A stretch of DNA of 64,000 nucleotides from Paragordius varius (lineage: Eukaryota > Animalia > Nematomorpha): NCBI GenBank assembly GCA_964247055.1, contig OZ176052.1:4650001-4714000 (forward strand), in the 5' to 3' direction. The notes beneath the pieces are model-generated. The model was not told where the DNA came from. It did not search any database and worked only from the letters and a program-made list of their open reading frames with translations. Of the stretch, positions 1-17,760 are shown piece by piece. The position numbers were made by a program, and so were the translations under genes. Numbering within the stretch: the stretch's first letter is position 1; every line of letters begins with the position of its first letter.

Positions 1-129
1 GTATAATGCATTAATCTAGTAAAGAGATTAATATTTTAATTTATTTGTTTCCAAAAAAATAAAAATCCACAACTCTCTATTTAAAAATATATATACTATT
101 TTTAGTTGTTTTTTCAAATTTTAATTTAT

Positions 130-1480
130 TTACTTACTCAGTCTTTTTAACGATTTTAGGAGGTCACCACCACAAACAAATAAGGCACAAATCATAATAA
201 AAATTGAGTCAGAAAAGACATTCATTATGCAAGCAAGACAAGCAAATTTTAATTTATTCTTAAACTATATAAAATAAAACCTTATTTATATTATAAAATA
301 AAAATATATTATTGTGAAAAGAAATAGAAATAATAATAAATTAATCAGATAAACTTTTTCGAAGTTTCATTAATGAGATTTTTTTCATTGTCAACTAACT
401 CTATATTTCATTTGACAAATATTAGGAAAGATAATGTTGTATTTAAAAAGAAGTTTATACTCTCAAGGTTATTTTAGTTTCAGGGATATTAATCGAAAAA
501 GTAATGTTGATAATTTTAAACATTGCATAAATTAATTTTAAATTTGTGAGTTAATTAAAATTAACTATATACAAAAATCTGTAAAGTTGTTCAAGATAAC
601 TTAAAAATTAAATAAAATAATTTTACCATCGAGAATAAGAAAACAAGATATTGGGGAAAGAATAAGTTTTAAAATAAAAAATTTTTTAAAAAATGGATAT
701 TGTGTAAATAATAATTGTGTGAAAAAATAGCACTGTAGTTAAATAAGTGGGCGGATTTTTTTCAAAAAAAATTTTTGTTTAGAGATTTCCTTAAAATTAA
801 GTAATGTAAATTATAAAAATATAAATTGATTAAATTTTGTTTTATAAAGTGGAATATTGTCAGAAACTAAAATAACTTTTGAAAATAAATGATAAAAATA
901 TATATTTTTTTCTAAAGTATTAATAATATATATCGGCGGAAGCCTAATCTATGTGTCTCCGACCACTTTAAATCAAATATAATACCTTATTAAAAAAATA
1001 TAATATATAGTAATAATATAGATATATTATGCAAATTATAAATCCTTACCTAGTTAATACTTCTAAATATAAAGAATTAAATTATTGAGTTACTAAATTA
1101 TTAGTAAAAATATGATCAAAACAAAAAAAATAATTTTTAAAAAAAAATATAAAATTGTAATTGATACTGAAATCAAACTTGAAAACAATAAAAAAATCAT
1201 TGTTTAAATTGACCTATGTAAATAAACATAGAAACGCTTTAGATTTTTTATTGAATTTAAGAGTCAAATGGGCACCTGTCCGATGTTGTGCAATCTTAAA
1301 GATATTAAAAGACTGGTAAAAAGATTAAAATTTAAAGTATATAGATAATTACCTATTATAACGAATAGTTTTGAATTGGTAGCATTGTAATTTATTAGAA
1401 GGTACTGCGATTAAAAAGCATAAACATGAGGTATGAGCATTTAATGCATAGAAAAACACCTTTACCTGAGATTTTACAGG
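130..1480 (-). CDS. Possible 5' part of an unidentified multi-exon membrane-protein gene, head-to-head with IARS2
   Basis: Short minus-strand segments ending at GT donors read FACLACIMNVFSDSIFIMICALFVCGGDLLKSLKRL (~130-250), SLFNIFKIAQHRT (~1275-1315) and VFFYALNAHTSCLCFLIAVPSNK (~1355-1460). No consistent splice model was obtained. Confidence 0.25.
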
Positions 1481-1558
1481 TGTAAAAATAATATCATATG
1501 TTATTTGGAAAAATATACAATTTGATCTTATAATTATATTAAAAGTAAAAAGGATTAA

Positions 1559-7696
<6,138 letters not shown>

Positions 7697-7952
7697 ATAA
7701 ATTTATATTATGTGCAATAAATGAAAAATAATTTATTTGCTTTTAATAATTTTAAAATAGTTTCTAATTTGATGCGTTGTTATTAAATTAGATAAATAAA
7801 TAGAATTTGTTTAACTATTTGACTTATGATCATATAATTAATTATATTATGCAAATAAATATTTGCGAGATTATGCACACAAATTATTATTAATAAAATG
7901 GCTTGATGATACTATTTGGAGCAAACATATTTTGCCATATATAAAATTGATA

Positions 7953-8338
7953 TTAAAAAAAGTAAAAAATAAATGATAGGACTAGAGCGCAAATGAGACA
8001 TAGGAATATTGATTCAACATTAAAATAACCAGGAGATAAGTTTAATACCGGATAATTATTATTAAAATTTTGTTTTTGACTAAAATTTATGGTATTATTG
8101 TTATGATATTTGGCAGTTATTGGTAATGAATATTGGGCATTGTTTTCATGAAAATCGGGAAAATCATTTTTTTGTATAGTATCCACGGCAGATGCAAATA
8201 AAAGAAATAAAAAAATTGTTAAAGGCCAATTAAATAAACTTTGTTTTGCGACATACAGGGTGTAATATGTGACTAAAAACCCAACAGCCATGTGCACTAA
8301 AGAATGAAAGAGAAAATTAATATTAGAATAATTCGATG
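7953..8338 (-). CDS. Hydrophobic terminal exon, probably the last exon of SMPD4
   Basis: Open frame with TM-like segments. It is preceded by CTAAC, a T-rich tract and an AG at 8340-8339 (phase 1), matching the phase-1 SMPD4 donor at 17760. SLFNWPLTIFLFLLFASAV resembles the remembered vertebrate SMPD4 C-terminus (SLFCVGPL..LYASAM). Confidence 0.5.
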
Positions 8339-9837
8339 CTAACATTAAAATAAATTTTTTAAAATAAAATTACGTTAGTTATTAATACAGTAAAATATGT
8401 AATTTTCCAGACAAATTTACAAACTAACAGACATAATTTTTTTATAACAGACAGAGTGTTAAAATCAAAAGATTAAAATTTTTAATTGGCGGACAAATAT
8501 TTTTTCAACGGACAATTTTTTTTATACGGACATAAATCCGAAATATAATAGGGTAAGAGGAGCTCTTATCTATAACACTGGACAACATTTCTGCCACTCG
8601 AGTTTTTTGCATTTTTTGATATTTGGTATCATTCTAACAATAAATCTGAAATAAAAATTATAACTCCTTGTAAGTTTTGTATAATTTTATATTTTTGATT
8701 ATGCGCCTTCTTTATCAAAATTTTACTAAAAAATGTTTTTCTTTGAAAATATACAAATAATGCCCATTTGTATTATATCATTCGAAAAAGTAATAAAAAC
8801 TATAAAATGCATACTAATATGTATTACATCGACAGTTATTATTGGACACAGAAGCGACAAACGCGCGAACCGAGAGCTTTTTTTTATAATATATTTTTAA
8901 AACTAATGGATCAAAATAGCTCAAACTTTGTCTAGATGGTAATGAATGTCCAAAAAAAGATAACACAAGAATGTTTTTTTGTGTGAAACATTTTTTTATT
9001 GCTTTTATGTCACTCAAAACAGCCATTTTTAAGTTTTTTGTTTTTTATAAATTACCATCTCATCAATATTAATTTATTTTCTTTACAAGGCTGATAATTT
9101 CTAAATTTTAAAGATAAAAACAAAGTTTAAGGTATTTTCAATCTTTAGCCATTATGTAATAAATTTACAGTTATAACTATGCATTTTAGTATCTAGGTAA
9201 AATATTTTATTTAAAAAGCAAACCAAAAGCTTTTTCAAACATTCTTTTTAAATTAAATACTAATATAACCCTAATAATTATATTAAAATAATTTATATGA
9301 TTTTCAAATTAGTTTGTCTGTGAAAATTCTTGACTTATTTAAGGATTGAAAATATCGACCATTTATCATCATTTAAATGACTTACTACCATTTTAAGGAT
9401 ACAGTTTTTTGCGCACTTTTGAATGATATAAAATACATGGCTTCATATCTAAAACTTTTAATTTTAAAAAATTATCAATAAACTCTAATATAAAAAAAAA
9501 TTCGTGGGTGTAAGACCATTTTTCTTTTCAGATATACTAATTCTGTACTTTAATGAAATAAATTTTAAATTTGCAAGAATGGCAGTTAAAAAAAGTTAAA
9601 ATTTGTTGTCTAGTGTAATATTGAAAAATAATAACCCTATGAATTCTAGTCGGCTAAATGTTTACTTTGTATTTTATAAGAAGCTTTAAAATTATAACAT
9701 AGCATTTGATACTCACCGACTTAAGAATAAACCATTTTTGATTTAATATTAACTAATATATTAAATGAATAGGATATAATAAATCTCGCATTTAACTAAG
9801 GCAAAATATTATTTCTTTTGCATTATTAACACCAATC

Positions 9838-9899
9838 GGGGTGCAAAGTCCGACTCCCACCTCCGCGTGGTGCACCCTGGTTAATACCAACGGGAGCGG
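9838..9899 (+). ncRNA. Predicted minimal HDV-like self-cleaving ribozyme at the RTE 5' end
   Basis: P1 GGGGTGC 9838-44 / GCACCCT 9872-78 (G1-U wobble). P2 CTCCC 9854-58 / GGGAG 9892-96, extendable by CCG/CGG. P3 ACC/GGT with loop TCCGCGT. P1.1 CC/GG 9879-80. J4/2 CCAAC 9887-91. Confidence 0.8.
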
Positions 9900-10181
9900 C
9901 AAAGGAAAGAAATCATCTGTATGGGGTGTGGTGGAAAAAATAAACTACCATTATTTTTTTTTCCTATAAAATACCACAATACCTGCATTCACACAGATGA
10001 TAAAGCGGGTTTATCTGGCGCTATAACCAGTTGCTAGAAACAACCAATTTGTAATATATGTAAGCGGAGATGGAACTCCGTAAGCCCAGAAAGGCAATTC
10101 CATAGGTCAGGGACACCGAAATAGTCTCTTGATTTGCAAAGGCATGCAAATTGTAAAACAATCGCCTTAATCATACCGTAT

Positions 10182-13100
10182 ATGAAAATAATGAATGAAT
10201 TGACAACACTTTTAAACAATGATATATATTTTAAAAATGATAATATTAATCTTACAAATAATTTTATTAATGATATTAATATATGTGATAATCTTAATTT
10301 TGATAATAATATTAATTTACATGATAACAATATTAATGCTCTCCTCAAAAACCACAAACATCAAAAAACACCCAACAATATGGTAAAACCACTTAAGATC
10401 GGCACTTGGAATATCTCGACGCTAGTCGGTAGATCAAACTTAGTTATCGACCAAATAAAAGAGAAAAACATTGACATCTGTTGCCTCCAGGAAACAAGAT
10501 ATAAATCTGAGGGAAAGCTGAATATAGACAACTATACAATTTTCTACAAAGGTCAAATGAAAGGCCAACATGGAGTGGCTATAGCTATTAAAAATGAATA
10601 TTGTGATAATATAATAGAAGTAAACAGACACAACGAAAGAATTATCCAAATACGTATCGGCTTTAAAAAACAAATTCTTAACATACTTTCCATCTATGCT
10701 CCCCAGTCTGGATTAAGCGAAGCAACCAAACAAGCCTTTTGGAACCAACTATACGACATTTCCCATGCAATACCTCCAAATGACAAAATTTTTATAGGTG
10801 GAGATTTCAATTCCCACGTTGGCACTAATGGTGAAGACTATATGAGAATACATGGAGGAAACGCTTTTGGCAGCCGTAACAAAGAAGGTGATATATTATT
10901 GGAATATTGCGCATCTCTTAGACTTACTATCTGCAATACCCTCTTCACGAAACCAGCAAAGAAATTAATAACTTATACAAGTGGTAATCAAAATTCTATG
11001 GTAGACTACATTTTAACACCCATTCAAGATAGAAAATTCATTAAAGACTCTAAAACATACCTTACTGACACGCAACATAAATTAATTGTAGCAATAATAA
11101 CAATAAACAAATCCTATTACCATAGTAACCAGAAACCTAAAATAAACTTAGAAAAATTACACCTTCCTGATCTTAAACTTCAACTCTCAGAAACTGTCAA
11201 TGCATCGCTTAGCCTCAACCACAAAACATCTGAACAAGCTTGGGATAATTTTAAAAACAGCATCATCCCAAATGTGCTTAATTGCTGTGGCAGAAAGAAA
11301 ATATACAGGAAAAAACAACAATCAAATTTGTGGTGGTCAGAATCAATAAAACCTTTAATTAATATTAAACGCAATAACTATAAAAGATGGAAACAAACAA
11401 AAGATAAAAGAGACTTGGAATCATATATCAAATCAAATAAAAATTTACAACAAGCCATCAATATTTCAGCCAACAAAAAAGCTTTGGATTTAGCTAAAAA
11501 ATTAGATTCAGTTAACAATAATAAAAAGGACATTAAACAAATTTCCTATATTAAAGATAAAGATCAACAACTAGTAACTGAGTGGAGTGACATAAGCAAT
11601 GTCTGGACAACGTATTACAAAGAACAATTTGCACAAAAACATGATTTTGAAACAATAAACCAACCACCAGCAATTGGTCCTCGACCACTGATAACAACAG
11701 ACGATGTAAGAGAAGCCTTGGCCAAGATGAAAAATAACAAAGCTACAGGTCCATCTGAACTCAGCTGTGACATGATCAAAGCTTTACCACAATGCATTAT
11801 ACATTTAACTAACATATTCAATCTAATCTTATCAACAAATCGCATCCCTAATGATTGGTCAAAAAGCACCATCATACCCATTTATAAAAATAAAGGAGAC
11901 ATACTCGTTTGCTCCTCCTACAGACCACTAAAGTTATTGGAACACCCGTTAAAAATTTTTGAATCCATTATTGAATCAAAACTAAGATCAATCGTTAGTA
12001 TACAGGAATCACAATATGCCTATAAACCAAACAGTAGCACAATTGATGCAATCTTCATTTTGAGAAGATTGCAAGAGAACTATTTAGCGAAAAATAAAAA
12101 ACTATATCATGTTTTTATTGATTTACAAAGGGCCTTTGATTGTATCCCCAGAAAGTTGATCACATCCACACTACGAGCCAATAATGTAGATGATTGGATA
12201 ATTAAATCAATAGAAATGATGTACTACAAAACAACAAACTGCGTCAGATTAACACTAGGTAACACAACACAGCTTTTGTTCCAAACGAATCTGGTCTTCA
12301 TCAAGGCTCCATCCTAAGCCCTCTACTCTTCATTTTAATAATGGATTACCTAACAAAAGATATAAAACAAGGCCCACCATGGGAACTTATCTATGCGGAC
12401 GACATTGTCCTCACCGCAACATCAATGGAAGCATTAAATCAAAAGTACAACACATGGAAATCACACTTAGAAAAGGGTGGAATGAATATAAATATAAGCA
12501 AAACAAAGGTAATGATAACGGGTGAAACTGTATATGAACGACCTAAGTTTCCATGTGGAGTATGTGATTTAGATGTTAAACTTAATTCAATCCTATGTAC
12601 ATCATGCAATAAGTGGGTACACAAAAAGTGCTCGCTTATAAAAGGGAAACTAATCAATAATGACAAATTTATATGTGAATCATGTAAAAATAAAACAATA
12701 AATCACTCATCCACTTCCCTAAATTACGTTTATATGGCAGACACCAAAATCGAATTGGTGAATAATTTCAAATACTTGGGTGATGTCATACATTGCCTAG
12801 GTGGAATAAACCAATCAGTTAAATATAGATCCCAACAGGCTTGGGTAAAATATTATCAACTTAAATTTGTCCTCAAAAATAAACACATATCAGCAAAAAA
12901 CAAAGGTTTGATTTACAAAGCCGGCATACGTCCCATACTCCTGTATGGTTGCGAAACGTGGCCGATGACAGATTCAATCGAGAAAAAACTAATGAACTTA
13001 GAAAAACGGATACTAAATTTATTCCAACCCAATAAGTCAAATTCAAATTTACATCAACTGTACCAAATTGAACCTTTAAATGTCATGCTCAGAAAAAATA

Positions 13101-13312
13101 GGCTCAGATATTTCGGACACATCAAACGTGCTCCAGAACAATGGACAAATAAAATTTTATCCCTACATCCCGAAGGTAACAATCGCAGGGGCAGACCAAC
13201 ATTGAACTGGGAAAAAACAATAAATAATGATTTAAGTGTTGCCAACATTGATGATAACGCCTGGCAGGATCGCAAATATTACAGACAGCTTCTATACGTA
13301 TACAATGGCTAG
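10182..13312 (+). CDS. APE endonuclease-reverse transcriptase with an embedded Cys/His (PHD-like) module and one -1 frameshift near 12270
   Basis: IGTWNISTL, CCLQETR, IYAPQ, IGGDFNSHVG, YRPLKLLEH, FIDLQRAFD, (shifted frame) GLHQGSILSPLLF, YADD, FKYLG, RLRYFGHIKR, RGRP. Confidence 0.93.
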
Positions 13313-13599
13313 CCATTACACAAAGACGATACGATATATTAACACCAATCATAATGTAATCTATTTGTAAAATTTAAAAAACCTTATCATAACTATATTC
13401 ATTTCAAAGAAACTTTTTTACTACTGAAAAATAATAATAATCCAATTTTTCATCTTAATAGTCTTATTTTTACAATGTTTCCAATCTTATTATAAGGTTT
13501 GATCGAAAATATCAATAGTCTAATGGGCTTCTACACTGACTGTATTTTTAGATTATGTAACATATCAACTCTCTTTGTTACATTGTTAGGTGGGACAAC

Positions 13600-14100
13600 T
13601 TTCAATTAACGACAAGATGGGACTCTTCTTAATATTAAACATCTACCGTATAATCTCAATAAGCAGACGAGTAAATACTAATCGTCTGCTTTTAACATCA
13701 ATTATAACTGCAATATAATGTAATAGAGACATTAATTTATTAAAATAATATTTATATGAAATAACATCAATATAAATCAATAGTAAAAAAATAAATAATG
13801 GTGAAAAAAATAAAAATAAATGCCTTAAAAAATATCTATGTCCGAAAACAATTACAGATTAACCCTATGGATCGCAATAAATTAGAACGGGAACAAGTTT
13901 TACAGTTTTTTACACTAATGAAGAGATTTTCAACTATTAAATATATGCCTGCGGTTGAAATATAAAATATTCAATGATGATTTATATAATAATATTTTAA
14001 TCATCCCATACATTATAAATAATGTCTATACACCGTATTATCTAAATAAGAAAATGATATTAGCTATGAAAAAATAGATTCAACTTAAATGATTCACAAC
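13600..14100 (+). pseudogene. Old degenerate transposase copy in the left arm, pointing inward
   Basis: TGTCCGAAAACAATTACAGATTAACCCTATGGATCGCAATAAATTAGAA (~13829-13877) aligns with TGTCCGAAAACAGGCTCAGATTGAGCCTATAAATCGCAATAAAATAGAA (~14660-14708), i.e. VRKQLQINPMDRNKLE vs VRKQAQIEPINRNKIE. Weaker matches on both sides. Confidence 0.75.
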
Positions 14101-14587
14101 AAAAATCATATGAATTTTCAGGTAATAAATTTAATTTTTTTAAACAACCAGTCTCATCCATATAATATATGTCGCTATGTATAAACTGTAAAATTTCCCA
14201 TGCATAAGTATACCTATGCTCTATTATTTCTATTTTATTGCGATTTATAGGCTCAATCTGAGCCTGTTTTCGGACAAAAAATTTTTTTAAGCATTTACAT
14301 AATGTAGTTTTTGATATTTTTAATGAAAAAGGAATATTATCTAAAATTTCATCAATTGTTATATTATTATTGTCTTTTAAAATATTTTCGATGGCATCCT
14401 TAAATTTACAATCATCATATTTTGGCTTGCGGCCACTTTTTTTAGGTGGGATGTGAAGGCCGACGTTCAATCGCCTGCGATATTTATAAATTGTTGATCT
14501 GGACATTTTTAAATGTTCATATTGTCCGTCATAGTATCATTCGAAGTGGGCGGATTACTGAGAAGGCTCTTAGCAATTTCATTCTTA
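14060..14587 (-). pseudogene. Tc1/IS630-like transposase N-terminal half (HTH region to DETG), internally deleted
   Basis: IKNEIAKSLLSNP..(fs)MSRSTIYKYRRR..KKSGRKPK..ITIDEILDNIP..ISKTTLCKCLKK..YYMDETG, then joined to arm sequence. Confidence 0.85.
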
Positions 14588-15245
14588 ATTTTAGATAATA
14601 TTCCTTATTCATTAAAAATATCAAAAACTACATTATGTAAATGCTTAAAAAAATTCTTTTGTCCGAAAACAGGCTCAGATTGAGCCTATAAATCGCAATA
14701 AAATAGAAATAATAGAGCATAGGTATACTTATGCATGGGATATTACAGTTTTTGCACAGCGACATATATTATATGGATGAGACTGGAATCAATGATTACA
14801 GCGTTTATCTATATTGTTGGTGTAAAAAGGGAGAATTTCCTACGATTAAACGTAAGCCAAGAGGTAAAAATATTATTTGGCTATGATTGGAATAAACGGA
14901 ATGATAAAATATGAGTATAAATCTGACCCATACAATGGGGATGATATATATCATTTTTTACAGGAATGTTTTAAAATAATACCTTCATCATCCTGTATAA
15001 TTTTAGATAATGCCCCTATTCATCGTTATTCTCGAAATAAAGAATTCGAAAATTTAATTTTTTTGCCACCATATTCACCTCAATTCAATCCTATTGAGTG
15101 TATTTTCCACGAATTTAAACACAAATTACGAGCCCTAAATAAGAAAGATTTAAATATGGATAAAAATATAAAAGAAGTCTCTAAATATTTTATAATAAGG
15201 ATTTAAGTAAATATTATGAACATATAGATAAAATATTAAATAATG
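14588..15245 (+). pseudogene. Tc1/IS630-like transposase, 5'-truncated and frameshifted, containing the catalytic DDE
   Basis: ILDNIP..YMDETG..CIILDNAPIH..LPPYSPQFNPIECIFHEFK. Confidence 0.9.
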
Positions 15246-15289
15246 TTTGTTTAAAAAAATTAAATTTATTACCTGAAAATTCATATGAT

Positions 15290-15790
15290 CTTTTTTGTGA
15301 ATCATTTAAGCTGAATCTATTTTTTCATAGCTAATATCATTTTCTTATTTAGATAATACGGTGTATAGACATTATTTATAATGTATGGGATGATTAAAAT
15401 ATTATTTTATAAATCATCATTAAATATTTTATATTTCAACCGCAGGCATATATTTAAGAGTTAAAAATCTCTTCATTAGTAAAAAAAACTGTAAAACTTG
15501 TTCTCTTTCTAATTTATTGCAATCCATAGGGTTAATCAGTAATTGTTTTTGGACATAGATATTTTTTAAGGCATTTATTTTTATTTTTTTCACCATTATT
15601 TATTTTTTTACTATTGATTTATATTAATGTGATTTAATATAACTATTATTTTAATAAATTATTGCCTCTATTACATTATATTGCAGTTATAATTGATGTT
15701 AAAAGCAGACGATTAGTATTTACTCGTCTGCTTATTGAGATTATACGGTAGATGTTTAATATTAAGAAGAGTCCCATCTTGTCGTTAATT
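15290..15790 (-). pseudogene. Degenerate transposase copy in the right arm (mirror of 13600-14100)
   Basis: Reverse complement of the left-arm degenerate copy. Confidence 0.7.
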
Positions 15791-17760
15791 GAAATTGTCC
15801 CACCTAACAATATAATAAAGAGAGTTGATATGTTACATAATCTAAAAATACAGTCAGTGTAGAAGCCCATTAGACTATTGATATTTTCGATCAAACCTTA
15901 TAATAAGATTGGAAACATTGTAAAAATAAGATTATTAAGATGAAAAATTGGATAATTATTATTTTTCAGTAGTAAAAAAGTTTCTTTGAAATGAATATAG
16001 TTATGATAAGGTTTTTTAAATTTTACAAATAGATGACATTATGATTGGTGATAATAATGCAAAAGAAATAATATTTTGCCTAAGTTAAATGCGAGATTTA
16101 TTATATCCTATTCATTTAATATATTAGTTAATATTAAATCAAAAATGGTTTATTCTTAAGTCGGTGAGTATCAAATGCTATGTTATAATTTTAAAGCTTC
16201 TTATAAAATACAAAGTAAACATTTAGCCGACTAGAATTCATAGGGTTATTATTTTTCAATATTACACTAGACAACAAATTTTAACTTTTTTTAACTGCCA
16301 TTCTTGTAAATTTAAAATTTATTTCATTAAAGTACAGAAAATTGGTCTTACACCCAATTTTTTATATTAGAGTTTATCGATTATTTTTGGCCCCGATTTA
16401 ACATTAAACTCAAAATTTTTAAAATTAAAAGTTTTAGATATGAAGCCGTGTATTTTATATCATTCAAAAGTGCGCAAAAAACTGTATCCTTTAAATGGTA
16501 GTAAGTCATTTAAATCATGATGAAGTTATTTAGGTTTAAATGGTCGAAATTTTAAATCCTTAAATAAGTCAAGCATTTTCACAGACAAACTAATTTGAAA
16601 ATCATATAAATTATTTTATATAATTATTAGGGTTATATTAGTATTTAATTTAAAAAGAATGTTTGAAAAAGCTTTTGGTTTGCTTTTTTAATAAAAATTA
16701 TTATTATCATAAATATTTTACCTAGTGGATACTAAAATGCATAGTTATAACTGTAAATTTATAAGATCAAAAATACCTTAAACTTTGTTTTTATCTAAAA
16801 TTTCGAAATTATCAGCCTCGTAAAGTTTATTTAATTATATTTAATTATCCTTTATCGTTATATTACGGATTTTAACAACTGTTAAAATAAATTAATATTG
16901 ATGAGATGGTAATTTTTAAAAAACAAAAAACTTAAAAATGGCTGTTTTGAGTGACATAAAAGCAATAAAAAAATGTTATACAAAAAAATATTCTTGTGTT
17001 ATCTTTTTTGGACATTCATTACCATCTAGACAAAGTTTAAGCTATTTTGATCCATTAGTTTTAAAAATATATTATAAAAAAAAGCTCTCGGTTCGCGCGT
17101 TTGTCGCTTCTGTGTCCAATAATAACTGTCGATGTAATACATATTAGTATGCATTTTATAGAGTTTTTATTACTTTTTCGAATGATATAATACAAATGGG
17201 CATTATTTGTATATTTTCAAAGAAAAACATTTTTTAGTAAAATTTTGATAAGGAGTTATAATTTTTATTTCAGATTTACTGTTAGAATGATACTAAATAT
17301 AAAAAAATGCAAAAAACTCGAGTGGCAGAAATGTTGTCGAGTGTTATAGATAAGAGCTCCTCTTACCCTATTATATTTCGGATTTATGTCCGTATAAAAA
17401 AAAATTGTCTGCATAATAAAAAATTTGTCCGTAGAAAAAATTTGTCCGTATAATAAAAAATTTATCCGCCAATTAAAAATTTTAATCTTTTGATTTTAAC
17501 ACTCTGTCTCTTATAAAAAAATTATGTATGTTAGTTTAAATTTGTCTGGATAATTACATATTTTACTATATTTTTCAGATTTTATTTTAAATAATTTAAA
17601 ATATCATAAGGAAGTAATTTGATGCACATCAGATTATGAAATAAAACCTATGCTAATTAGCTAATGCCATAGGGAAAAAATATCTGTGATTAAAGCAAAA
17701 AGCTAAAATTTATATATTAACTTAAATTGAAATTTGTCGAATAAAATAGTAGCAACTTAC

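Larger units (their letters stand above)
9838..13336 (+). mobile_element. Near full-length RTE-clade non-LTR retrotransposon
   Basis: 14-bp TSD TATTAACACCAATC (9824-9837 and 13337-13350). The empty site is present once in the right arm (~16038-16055). Single APE-RT ORF and a short GACGATACGATA repeat tail. Confidence 0.95.
8388..17568. mobile_element. Giant palindromic (foldback) Tc1/IS630-superfamily element
   Basis: TA|CAGTAAAATATGTAA at left and TTACATATTTTACT(A)|TA at right. Arms 8388-9837 plus 13351-14146 are the reverse complement of 15247-17568 (high identity with small indels, by eye). Subterminal (A/G)GACA repeats. Transposase sequences in the centre. Confidence 0.92.

Noticed and set aside
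8814-9026. 70-aa ORF mirrored at 16938-17147 as a cargo gene
   Set aside because: The duplication follows from the palindrome, the two copies differ by indels, and there is no recognisable motif.
12255-12300. Programmed -1 frameshift in the RTE ORF
   Set aside because: There is no canonical X XXY YYZ slippery site and RTE ORFs are normally continuous. A mutation or sequencing deletion is more likely.
10034-13352. Minus-strand ORFs over the retrotransposon (and similar antisense ORFs over NELFB, CLSPN and the hAT)
   Set aside because: They are antisense shadows of real coding frames with no independent motifs.
8388-17568. Palindrome as a pure long-read foldback artefact
   Set aside because: The arms differ by substitutions and indels, only one carries the LINE with its TSD, the centre is asymmetric, and a TA TSD flanks the unit. 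A read-level check is still advised.
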